Shown here in pieces: positions 56,201 through 64,000 of a stretch of 64,000 bases of DNA (the first letter of the stretch is position 1; the number at the start of each line of letters is the position of its first letter). Under the pieces are notes generated by a model. That model did not search any database, was not told the DNA's origin, and saw only the letters and a list, made by a program, of their open reading frames with translations. The position numbers were made by a program, and so were the translations under genes. Source of the DNA: a virus; the IMG/VR virus record IMGVR_UViG_3300045988_177924; one strand, 5' to 3'.

Positions 56201-58192
56201 GCTTTAGAAAACGGGAAAACTTATGTTGTTAAACTTGACACGACACCTTACCCATTGACCGCAATCTTCACAATGAGCGAAGCTCTGGATGCTATTGACG
56301 CTAATGTTGTTGGTGGCACCCAGCAGGGAACAGATGGTGCATCCACATATGAACTGAAGTCTGCAACCATCACGGTGAAAGATGGTAAGTTGACTGGACT
56401 CAAATCGACCAACCTGGTTTCTAATGCTAATCCCGGCGCGGCGAATTTGGCTTACAGTGAGTCCACGTTTGCTGATTTGGGAATTACACAGTATCACTAT
56501 ATTGAATTGCTGAACTCTGTTGGCGGCGGAATGTCTGGCAAGGGGGTAAACTACACCGCGATTAAAGACACTCTGGCGATAGACAAATGGACAACTGATG
56601 AAATTCACGTTGAGGGAGAAATCTTACCTACGGCAGAAATTGTGTTGATGACCTTCGATAGCACTGTGCAACACACCATCGACAAGACGAAAGAAAATAC
56701 CTTGTTAATTGGTCACGCAACGGCGGACGAGTTGAAAAATATTGGGTATTGGGCTTTTGATGGACAATCTTTGGTTGTGAACGTAATCTCCTCTACCGAC
56801 CCAGACACCAACACTCCTCTTCCGGTGCTGTTTAGTGAAACAACTGATACGTATTTTAAATATCTTTACCAGGAAAGGAATACTACGTTGGCTACATTAT
56901 ATGTATATAAATCAAATTACGATACGTATACAGCTGGGGATATTGTGCTTGTGCTTAGTGCGGATGTGGCCAGTGGTATTGATTGGTTAAAATGTAGCAC
57001 GTTAACACCCTCTTCGGAGCTTGCAGGAATGTCGGCAGTTAATTTTTACGGATATACGTTCCCTTCGGATTTAACAGGAACCTCTATTACCATAGATGTT
57101 TTGTGCACAAAAACAGATAACCCTGATATACGCAAAACTTTGCTGATGCCGTATATGGGCGCCGAAGAAGTCGCCCCTGGCGCAATGCTTCATATGTATA
57201 TTTATGAACCAGCTACAGCAGAGGAGGCGCAGGCCTTCCCAATGGCTTTTATGGCTTATGTATTTACCTCAAACATACCTGAGCTTGCACCGGCTGGGAC
57301 GATAATTGTATTCGGCGGAGATCAAAGTTCGGGGAGTGATCCCAAATATGTGTTCTCAAAGCTTTTTTCTTTGACTACTGCTGGGATGGCGCCCGTAACC
57401 TACACATATTTAAACGAGAATATTAAACTTGAATCTGCAATTAAAGTATATTTGAACGACAGTGAAAATATTCAAATCATTGACAGACAAGAGGGGTATG
57501 TTCAGTTCAAGCGTGCTAAGGTGGCAGACATTCCGTTTAGTATGGAGATCCTTGACACGGAAGAAGAAGGGTTGTTGCGACTGTTCAATTCTTATATGCC
57601 ACAAAAGATTAGTGCATTCCAAAACGATGCCAAGTACTTAACGGCCCAGAATTTGGATTATAGTTCTCCAATATCTCTTGATAAGGCGGAGGACGGGACG
57701 GTTACGATTGGTATATCATCAAGCGGTAACACAGCATTTGCTCAATATTCTTCTTCGCCGACAAGCGGTACTCTACAGGTCGACAAATGGGTTGAAGAAA
57801 GTGGGTATTATACTTATACTATTTCGGATTATTCTATTTATTACGACACTGATATCATCTTGAACGTGAATACGCCAGTAGCATTGTCAGCGTTGAGTTT
57901 AAGCAGTGACACACTTAAGATTAAAGCCTTGACTAAGCCTACCGAGTCGATTGATTATTCGTACAAAGCTTTGCGCACTAATCGAAGTGGTCAATTCACA
58001 ATTGTTAATAGTTATATGCCAACTATGCCAACCAAGGTTAGCGAATTGGAGAATGACAGTGGTTATATTACGCAGCTAGTGACTGAAACATTGCACGGAA
58101 CCAAACGATATAAAACATTTGAAGATTTAACCGATTGTGTATTAGAGTTGGGACAATACGACGCGGAGGGCAAGTATGTATATTGTGTATAA
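53273..58192 (+). CDS. 1639-aa receptor-binding-type tail protein with two 7-bladed beta-propeller repeat arrays
   Basis: Two sets of seven W..V.YG.GKFVAV....G.YS.DGI.W units (approximately nt 53680-54530 and 54830-55670). Each is followed by a conserved I.RDT.PT..IPYTYKVK.TN..GQFT.VN.Y.P module and KVS.LENDAHY.T..QVP linkers. Confidence 0.75.
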   Translation: MSYKLTQTGQKVQELLNQMQNDGQSQVTDAVLYSEQALNEKEQAQARKNIGAAAENQIPTGAVLYSQQQNLTGDQQAQARTNIGVPNKVSELENDAHYITESQVPIALPQKTGAIQSGVLPTSGWSTFDKEWVQTTLPANRRWHDVAYGDGKFVAVASDSDKGAYSTDGISWTEMSMPANRDWYSVTYGNGKFVAVALGTDKGAYSTDGINWTEFTMPASRDWRSVTYGDGTFVTVAHNSSVGAYSPDGITWTTTTLPANRYWYSVTYGNGKFVAVAENYNSSACDKGACSNDGINWVEVTLPARQRWRCVAYGSGKFVAMGLDSRYGAYSTDGINWGRMSLSASRSWLNITYGDGRFVSLASSSEKGAYSTDGINWVEFTLPSTEFWSGVTYGNDKFVAVASQTNKGASGPKVTYLITDTFITANSDILMELTDEGGVKSYSMEAGKITVIRDTVPTQPIPYTYKVKQTNASGQFTLVNHYVPQKVSEFENDAHYVTQNQVPVALPQKTGVIQSGVLPTTGWSPFDGDWQDTTMPWEQPWNDVAYGDGKFVAIAEQTSRGAYSEDGITWKQMNMPVSAYWSSIAYGNGKFVAVSYNHSTVSAYSLDGVNWTQTTMPASANWCSVIYGADKFVAVANPSDRAAYSLDGITWVETTMPSNSPWLDIAYGNNKFIVVSYEGGNLAYSNDGITWEQTTMFPYAGWRSVAYGNGVFVAVERDSNNAAYSSDGINWTMTKLPASGFWGHVVYGNGLFVATIGDGSAAAYSRDGINWTSLGKTTRDYWDVAYGDGKFVAVFYGQEGAYLKIAPGVVYTIRDNSITETSDVLMEVSDSGQIQAHGISKYNITIIRDTEPTASIPYTYKVKETNNQGQFTIVNNYLPDIPTKVSQLENDAHYITESQVPTKISQFANDMDYATVGQIPTKVSQLNNDQNFTDNIGTITQIKINGKVKNPQPSGLIDLGNITPEPTDWTTVPITTALENGKTYVVKLDTTPYPLTAIFTMSEALDAIDANVVGGTQQGTDGASTYELKSATITVKDGKLTGLKSTNLVSNANPGAANLAYSESTFADLGITQYHYIELLNSVGGGMSGKGVNYTAIKDTLAIDKWTTDEIHVEGEILPTAEIVLMTFDSTVQHTIDKTKENTLLIGHATADELKNIGYWAFDGQSLVVNVISSTDPDTNTPLPVLFSETTDTYFKYLYQERNTTLATLYVYKSNYDTYTAGDIVLVLSADVASGIDWLKCSTLTPSSELAGMSAVNFYGYTFPSDLTGTSITIDVLCTKTDNPDIRKTLLMPYMGAEEVAPGAMLHMYIYEPATAEEAQAFPMAFMAYVFTSNIPELAPAGTIIVFGGDQSSGSDPKYVFSKLFSLTTAGMAPVTYTYLNENIKLESAIKVYLNDSENIQIIDRQEGYVQFKRAKVADIPFSMEILDTEEEGLLRLFNSYMPQKISAFQNDAKYLTAQNLDYSSPISLDKAEDGTVTIGISSSGNTAFAQYSSSPTSGTLQVDKWVEESGYYTYTISDYSIYYDTDIILNVNTPVALSALSLSSDTLKIKALTKPTESIDYSYKALRTNRSGQFTIVNSYMPTMPTKVSELENDSGYITQLVTETLHGTKRYKTFEDLTDCVLELGQYDAEGKYVYCV

Positions 58193-58216
58193 AAAATTAG
58201 ATGGGAGGAATAAAGA

Positions 58217-60700
58217 ATGGCAACATTAGGAAGTCTGCCCATCGGGGCGAAAATAAAAGTACCTCATTCGGTAATAGGGGATATCATATTTCTCAAGTGT
58301 GACCAAAATCACGAGGGATATCCCGAAAACTCAACGACGCTTATTACGGACAGCATTATTTTATTCCGTCCGTTTGATGCAAAAGAGCCACAGAATGACA
58401 CTTTTGCACAACAGAGGAATAAAGAAGGAAACAACCGCTATTCTGTATCAAACATAGACCAATGGTTAAATTCATCAGCTTCTGCCGGCAATTGGTATTC
58501 GCCACAACACTCCAAAGATCAGGCTCCAGACAGCTGGAGTGTTGCAACTCAAAATTTTTATGCTGCAGATGCTGGATTTCTGAGGGGGTTTAACGCACGG
58601 TTTGTTTCAGCACTTAAAGATACTACGATAACAGTTGCGCGAAGCACAACAGAAGACGGGGGCGGTTATGATACTCTTGTAAGGAAAGTTTTTTTACCGT
58701 CAAAAGCAGAACTCTTTAATCAGGCCGAAAACTCAATTATGGAAGGCTCATTGTTGCAGTATTTCCAAGCAAACACCGATGATATAAGAATAGCTATTAT
58801 GTCTAGATACTGTGCGGAAGACAACAACAAGCGGGCAGAACAATTAGGCGAATCGATTCGATATTTACTTGAGGCGGGGAAAAATGGAGCATACCGGTTG
58901 AGAACGCCACAAGCTAGCCACGGTTCTTTCGTTAGATACGTAACCACTTCGGGTGCATTATATCAGAATGCGGCATTTTCTACTTATGAAAGTGGTATTC
59001 GCCCAATGTGTAATTTGGCTTCCGACACTTTCGTCTCTGACCAACCCGATAGCGACGGAACTTATCAAATTGAAGATCCGCCTATGGAAATTTCTGGCAA
59101 TGAAGAACCGTTGGGCACATTTGTTTTTCCATTTGTTTATAAGTATAATATACTTAACGCAACCGGCGTTACCGTGGTTGAAAAACTAAATCAAACACAA
59201 GTGCGCAGCTATACTGCCACCAGCGACGAAGAACAAACTTTCGCTTTAACTAATGAGCTGTGGGCTACTGTGTCAAATGGAGACAACTTCATTCAGATTA
59301 CCGCCACAAAAGATGACAAAACAGTTACACAAACAAAGCATTTTATTAAAAACTCGACTTTGCAACTAAAATACACTGTGAGTCCATCTACAACGACACA
59401 ACCGACCGCAATCAACGTAGAACTAGACTATGCCAAACCATTTGGCGCAGATTTAGAAGTGTTAGTATGTAACAACGGCAACGATGAACAACCCACTTGG
59501 GAAGATATGACCACGGCGGTCAAAATGGGGGCAAATCACATTTTTAAAAACACCGCGAAAACAGCCACACAATGGAAACCCATGCTTCAAGTTTCTATAA
59601 CGCGCGATTCATCAACCGGCGACATAAGATTACGCGGTATTAAAACCGTATTTAACAAAGACCTTGATCAAGGACGACTTGAAAACATATATGGTGTAGA
59701 CTTTGTTGGTTCTGAGGATCCAAACGCCCTTGTACGAACGGACGATGCTGTTGGTTTGAATGTAACGGTCGGCACTTCAGAAATCACGAGCGATTTCGAC
59801 AACTGTTATCCTTGGAATAATATCAAAGAGATCACCGACGAATTTGGGAACGTGTTTATCAAGATACCGAAATTCTATAGCAAAATTACAAAAAACGCGG
59901 ACGGCACCTATAAGCACCAACTTTCTGGCATAAAACATGAAGGTTATGACACATTGTTTAAAGTTGGGGATAAAGAAATAGACTACGTCTTGGTCGGCAA
60001 GTACGAAGGAAGTGGCTCGTCGTCAAAAGTATGGTCGAAATCGGGACAAACGCCGCTTGTAGATATTACAATGGACGACTTCCGTAACGGGTGTAAGGCG
60101 CACGGCGCAGGCTATCAGCAGTACGACTTTTTGATTGACCTTATCTTGAAAGAATTGTGGCTTGTCGAAATGGCGACTACAAACTGTCAGTCGATTATGT
60201 ATGGATATGTCAATGGCTCCTTATCAACGAGTAACACGGGCACAACTGACAGCGTTGCCACTCCGTCCGGTTCACCAGAAAGCAATACCGACGGCGAACA
60301 CGCTTGTAAATACCGTGGTATAGAAAACCCGTGGGGTAATATCTCTAAGTGGTGCGACGGTATATCATTCAGCGGCTCATCGGTGTATGTATGTACAGAA
60401 CCAAACGCCTATTCTGCGGGCAAGACTACGGATACTTATGTACTATATGGTGAAAGAGCGGTTACCAGCGGTTGGGTAAAGACTGTTGCCCCGCTTAAGG
60501 AAAACTCACTTATCCAATACGTAACAAACATCGGTGGCGACGAAAGCACTTATTATAGCGACAAGTCGTATCAAGGCGGAACCGTTCTCTATTGCGGTTA
60601 CATCAGCACGAACGCTGGCTTGTGGTCTTGGAATGGTGGCAAATCTGCGTCGTACTCAAGCTACAGCCTTGGTGGTCGCCTTTGCTATAAACCTGTTTAA
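58217..60700 (+). CDS. 827-aa tail protein with C-terminal FGE-sulfatase / C-type-lectin-like domain
   Basis: C-terminal motifs YRGIENPWGNISKWCDG (compare the GNVWEW motif) and the terminal ...GGTVLYCGYISTNAGLWSWNGGKSASYSSYSLGGRLCYKPV. Confidence 0.65.
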   Translation: MATLGSLPIGAKIKVPHSVIGDIIFLKCDQNHEGYPENSTTLITDSIILFRPFDAKEPQNDTFAQQRNKEGNNRYSVSNIDQWLNSSASAGNWYSPQHSKDQAPDSWSVATQNFYAADAGFLRGFNARFVSALKDTTITVARSTTEDGGGYDTLVRKVFLPSKAELFNQAENSIMEGSLLQYFQANTDDIRIAIMSRYCAEDNNKRAEQLGESIRYLLEAGKNGAYRLRTPQASHGSFVRYVTTSGALYQNAAFSTYESGIRPMCNLASDTFVSDQPDSDGTYQIEDPPMEISGNEEPLGTFVFPFVYKYNILNATGVTVVEKLNQTQVRSYTATSDEEQTFALTNELWATVSNGDNFIQITATKDDKTVTQTKHFIKNSTLQLKYTVSPSTTTQPTAINVELDYAKPFGADLEVLVCNNGNDEQPTWEDMTTAVKMGANHIFKNTAKTATQWKPMLQVSITRDSSTGDIRLRGIKTVFNKDLDQGRLENIYGVDFVGSEDPNALVRTDDAVGLNVTVGTSEITSDFDNCYPWNNIKEITDEFGNVFIKIPKFYSKITKNADGTYKHQLSGIKHEGYDTLFKVGDKEIDYVLVGKYEGSGSSSKVWSKSGQTPLVDITMDDFRNGCKAHGAGYQQYDFLIDLILKELWLVEMATTNCQSIMYGYVNGSLSTSNTGTTDSVATPSGSPESNTDGEHACKYRGIENPWGNISKWCDGISFSGSSVYVCTEPNAYSAGKTTDTYVLYGERAVTSGWVKTVAPLKENSLIQYVTNIGGDESTYYSDKSYQGGTVLYCGYISTNAGLWSWNGGKSASYSSYSLGGRLCYKPV

Positions 60701-60795
60701 TTCAAGAGCTACTAATCAACAAAATGTCTGGGTGGCTAAGTTAATTAGCCCCCAGACGACAAATAAAACAATACTTTTATTCGGGAGGCAATGAT

Positions 60796-60999
60796 ATGCC
60801 AGACACAAACCGTTTTAATAAAAAATGTAAATTTTTAATTCCCGACGGGAATTTTTATTTGTGTGCCGCAACTGAAAGCGACCGCATTAAGAATTGCATC
60901 TCATTTTGCCCAACCGAGTGCAAAAAATTTCAAAGTAAAAAAGGTAAAACAGCCGAGGATTCCTCGGTAATTGAAGGAGGAACAAATGGCAGTTTATAA
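60796..60999 (+). CDS. small Cys-rich protein, 67 aa
   Basis: RBS GGGAGG. The CPTECKKFQS motif is shared with 28474..28659. Confidence 0.5.
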   Translation: MPDTNRFNKKCKFLIPDGNFYLCAATESDRIKNCISFCPTECKKFQSKKGKTAEDSSVIEGGTNGSL

Positions 61000-63898
61000 A
61001 CCTACTTATTGTTACCCTTATCTTGAACCCGTGGATTTAACCATCCCGGATGGTGAAAAATATTTTACTTGCCAAATTGACACGTCGAATATTGCAATCA
61101 CGGGTTACAAGATTGAGGTTTACGACGAAAACAATACACTGGTATTTCCACACAAGGATAATAAAAATAAGATTAGCCCCGTTAGCGAATTATCAAGTGT
61201 AACAAATATAGATGGTCTAAATGGCAGCGAATTGCGTATTCCATTTATTCAACATTTTGAACCAAAAATTACCGCATCGTATAACGCTATTTATTTTAAG
61301 GCGACACGGTATGTGGATTATTACCGAGAAGAAATATGGAACACCGGTAAGACATATAAAATAGGCGATAATGACCAACTCTGTGAGGAAATTGAGATAG
61401 ACCCCAACACAAAAAGTAAGATCTTAAAACCGGTTGAGATTGATGGTTCCCTTATATTTGTTGGAGATACGTTTTTAGCAAAAGACTCAATCTACACCGT
61501 AACCGCATCAGGCGCTACGGCTGCCCCTGCGCTGACAGAAATTGATATTATCTACGTTAAAAGTGGATATACATACGCGGGAAGTATTTTCCAATATAAA
61601 GATGGAAAGTTGGTTGAATCTATAGACGGCGTATGGGTAGATTGCGATGGAAACGCTTTATCCCTATCTAATCAAGGTAAGACATATAAATGGCAAATAA
61701 CCTTATACTCTGGTTCTAAAGGAGCTACTCTAGAACCGCCAATGGCCGGTTCGGGGGACCCAGGTCCTCAAAACCTTGTTGCACGTACCATTAACTACGA
61801 TGCAATGGCCGACTCTGAATTTGACACACTGTTGACCAGTGGAACAATTCTGGGCTCGACCGAAGATAGGATTCAAGGTCCAATAAGTGATAAGATTTAT
61901 GCTAAACAATGGTTACAGTTGTTACGGAAAGACGGTGACAAGTGGGGGCAAGTTGGCACGCGCACTTATATAGAATCATACAGCCAGAGTCTAGGGCATA
62001 TTTATCCTGTTTCGGGTGATTCTCGTGGTTTTGACAATAGTGATTTATATGATACTAAAACCGTGATAGTAAACGACGAAGAAAAAACGATTCCGCCTGC
62101 GACTCATTTTGCAGTTTACAAATACTCTAACGATCCTAATTCTATAACTTCACAAAACTCGGTTGATGAATCAATTAATTTTGTTTTGACAAATTACGGA
62201 GCTTCTCATACCACAGGGAGTTATTCTTATGAAGTGACTGGTAGCACGCAAAAAGAGGCTTTAGCAAACATTAAGGAATTTAATGAGCAATGTATCGCAG
62301 ACAGGTCGACCCCGCTTTGTAAAATTAGTGATGATGGAACTTCGGGAGTTTATAGTGGCAAATCTGTTCTTATTTGGAACAAATCGGGCACAACTGGCAC
62401 AACTGGGAACCCGCTAACTGGTTATTTCACTATTGGTTTTTCCCTTGTGAATGGTAGTAATAATGAAAAAATCCCCAAATTTGTGTTTGACATGGTTTAT
62501 GCTTATCGTAAGGTTTCTTCTTACATCGGTAAAGTGTTCTTTGTCAAAGAGGGCTCTTTCGCGAACGAGAATATAGTATCAAAGGCAGAAGCGACAGGAG
62601 AACAGGATGTTGCATCTTTGGGCTTCCCAATTCCTTTCAATGAAGAAGAACCTTTGGAAATTTATCCTGATGCACCCGACGCAACTGGAAAACTCTATGG
62701 TGAAATTTACAAAAACAGTGTTAAAGATGAAATAGGCACCGTTTACGTCTCTCCGTTTGTTGGATTACAAGCGGGGGCAAGACTCTATGTTTCCGATGGG
62801 ACAGTTATTAAAGCACAAACTGTTGACACGACGACTTGGGCAGTAACCTATGGTGTCACCGCACCTGCTTCGACGAGTGCTTATTCTTCTACTAATCCAT
62901 TGAAGTACGAAATTCGTACTAACTTTAAATCAAGTGACGAAACGCCGTTTTATGCTTATGATTCGCCGCGTCTCGTACCTTGGGTTTTAGAACATCTAGC
63001 GGTTGCAAACGAGCATGGACATGAGTTTCTATTAGAATCCGGTGGAGAAATTTTAACAGTGCCGATTTTGTGTTCACAAAAAGTTGATCGCCGTTATATC
63101 GAAGTCGGTGGTCAATATTTACAAGCACAAAACAAATCCTGGACTTCATATCGTTGGCTATTGGTCGACGCATATGGTAATATCATTCAAGACACTGGCA
63201 AGCAATATGATGGCGCCATTAAAACAACCTTCTATGGATTAGATGGACCTACGTCTAAAGCAGTTGCGCAACATCAGGCGATACCTAATGTCTATTACAT
63301 TGTGTTAATTGTAGAAGACGAACTTGGCAACGTGTTGTTAATGGGTATTAAGATTGAGGTTACTATCGATCCTACCGACTTGATAGCACAGTTTTCAAGG
63401 GAGTTTGATTGTAAGACACATTCGGTGAAATTAGGTATTCAAGATTATGGTTACCCCGCTTTATCAAAGGATAAAGATAATACAGCGATCAAACTTGGTG
63501 ATGCTGATGGTGTGGTAACACATAAAGGGGTACCATCATATGTTGGCTTACAAGGGGTTGACAAGGGGACAGGCAACACGGGGAATTCTGTGACAACGCC
63601 CTCGTGGAAGGCTGCTTCAAAAATGGCACTCCCCTTAGAAGGAGCGCAACTGAAGCGATTCTTTAAATACAAAGCCAATCAGATTACTGATATCACACAA
63701 ACTCCAAGCAAAATGGTCGCTAACAAGGAAGGCAACATAGAATTCCACACACAGGTGGAGTTAGATGCCAACTTCTGTGGCGACATCTTCACATATGTGG
63801 TTGATATCGGTGACCGTTTTGGCAATACAGATAAATTACGCATTTCATTGGCGTTACCAGAGAACTTTTTAACATTACAAGGGGGCGATAAGGCATGA
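60986..63898 (+). CDS. 970-aa tail / baseplate-type structural protein
   Basis: Start moved to ATG 60986, after GAAGGAGG. Large beta-rich protein in the distal tail block. Confidence 0.6.
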   Translation: MAVYKPTYCYPYLEPVDLTIPDGEKYFTCQIDTSNIAITGYKIEVYDENNTLVFPHKDNKNKISPVSELSSVTNIDGLNGSELRIPFIQHFEPKITASYNAIYFKATRYVDYYREEIWNTGKTYKIGDNDQLCEEIEIDPNTKSKILKPVEIDGSLIFVGDTFLAKDSIYTVTASGATAAPALTEIDIIYVKSGYTYAGSIFQYKDGKLVESIDGVWVDCDGNALSLSNQGKTYKWQITLYSGSKGATLEPPMAGSGDPGPQNLVARTINYDAMADSEFDTLLTSGTILGSTEDRIQGPISDKIYAKQWLQLLRKDGDKWGQVGTRTYIESYSQSLGHIYPVSGDSRGFDNSDLYDTKTVIVNDEEKTIPPATHFAVYKYSNDPNSITSQNSVDESINFVLTNYGASHTTGSYSYEVTGSTQKEALANIKEFNEQCIADRSTPLCKISDDGTSGVYSGKSVLIWNKSGTTGTTGNPLTGYFTIGFSLVNGSNNEKIPKFVFDMVYAYRKVSSYIGKVFFVKEGSFANENIVSKAEATGEQDVASLGFPIPFNEEEPLEIYPDAPDATGKLYGEIYKNSVKDEIGTVYVSPFVGLQAGARLYVSDGTVIKAQTVDTTTWAVTYGVTAPASTSAYSSTNPLKYEIRTNFKSSDETPFYAYDSPRLVPWVLEHLAVANEHGHEFLLESGGEILTVPILCSQKVDRRYIEVGGQYLQAQNKSWTSYRWLLVDAYGNIIQDTGKQYDGAIKTTFYGLDGPTSKAVAQHQAIPNVYYIVLIVEDELGNVLLMGIKIEVTIDPTDLIAQFSREFDCKTHSVKLGIQDYGYPALSKDKDNTAIKLGDADGVVTHKGVPSYVGLQGVDKGTGNTGNSVTTPSWKAASKMALPLEGAQLKRFFKYKANQITDITQTPSKMVANKEGNIEFHTQVELDANFCGDIFTYVVDIGDRFGNTDKLRISLALPENFLTLQGGDKA

Positions 63899-64000
63899 AA
63901 GGAAATATAGAAAAAATTTACGGCGTAAACCTTGTTGGTTCTCAAGATCCCAATGCGCTTATACGTGTGGATGATGCAGTGGGATTGAATATAACAGTTG
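63895..64000 (+). CDS. tail protein paralogous to the C-terminal domain of 58217..60700 (5' end only)
   Basis: ATGA overlap with the upstream stop. MKGNIEKIYGVNLVGSQDPNALIRVDDAVGLNITV aligns with LENIYGVDFVGSEDPNALVRTDDAVGLNVTV at about nt 59670. Confidence 0.6.
   Translation, partial: MKGNIEKIYGVNLVGSQDPNALIRVDDAVGLNITV

Overview
The window reads as one contiguous piece of a tailed dsDNA phage or prophage genome. It is low-GC, with sigma-A/sigma-70-type TTGACA/TATAAT promoters and strong AGGAGG ribosome-binding sites, so the host is probably a Firmicute. No homology search was run; every functional call rests on motifs read from the ORF translations and on hand-folded DNA/RNA.

Layout:
(1) 1-4210 is a leftward (minus-strand) early module. 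It holds small ORFs, a ~740-nt GC-rich ORF-free structured region, tandem terminators, and a complete IscB (OMEGA) RNA-guided nuclease gene. The omega-RNA-sized leader and a consensus promoter lie upstream of iscB.
(2) 4250-4680 is a ~100-bp imperfect inverted repeat. It carries convergent consensus promoters and G-run leaders around a ~200-bp tract that is 96% A+T, and is a candidate origin.
(3) 4785-64000 is a rightward module. In order it contains:
- a guanylate-kinase-like protein;
- a YonO/RdRP-family two-barrel RNA polymerase gene split inside its DxDGD catalytic motif by a group I intron carrying a GIY-YIG homing endonuclease;
- a metallophosphoesterase;
- the terminase genes, with the large subunit split by a small ORF-less group I intron;
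- portal, scaffold and capsid genes, then a tail tube gene;
- a family of mosaic tail-fibre genes with a duplicated 347-bp cassette junction;
- a BspA-type LRR protein;
- a RuvC-like resolvase and a tyrosine recombinase;
- a 3775-aa protein combining a beta/beta-prime-like RNAP signature (RQP...GDFDGDK) with a TP901-type tape-measure domain;
- a 1639-aa double beta-propeller receptor-binding-type protein;
- large tail proteins with an FGE/C-type-lectin-like C-terminus that resembles a DGR variable region.

I saw no tRNA, rRNA or CRISPR array.
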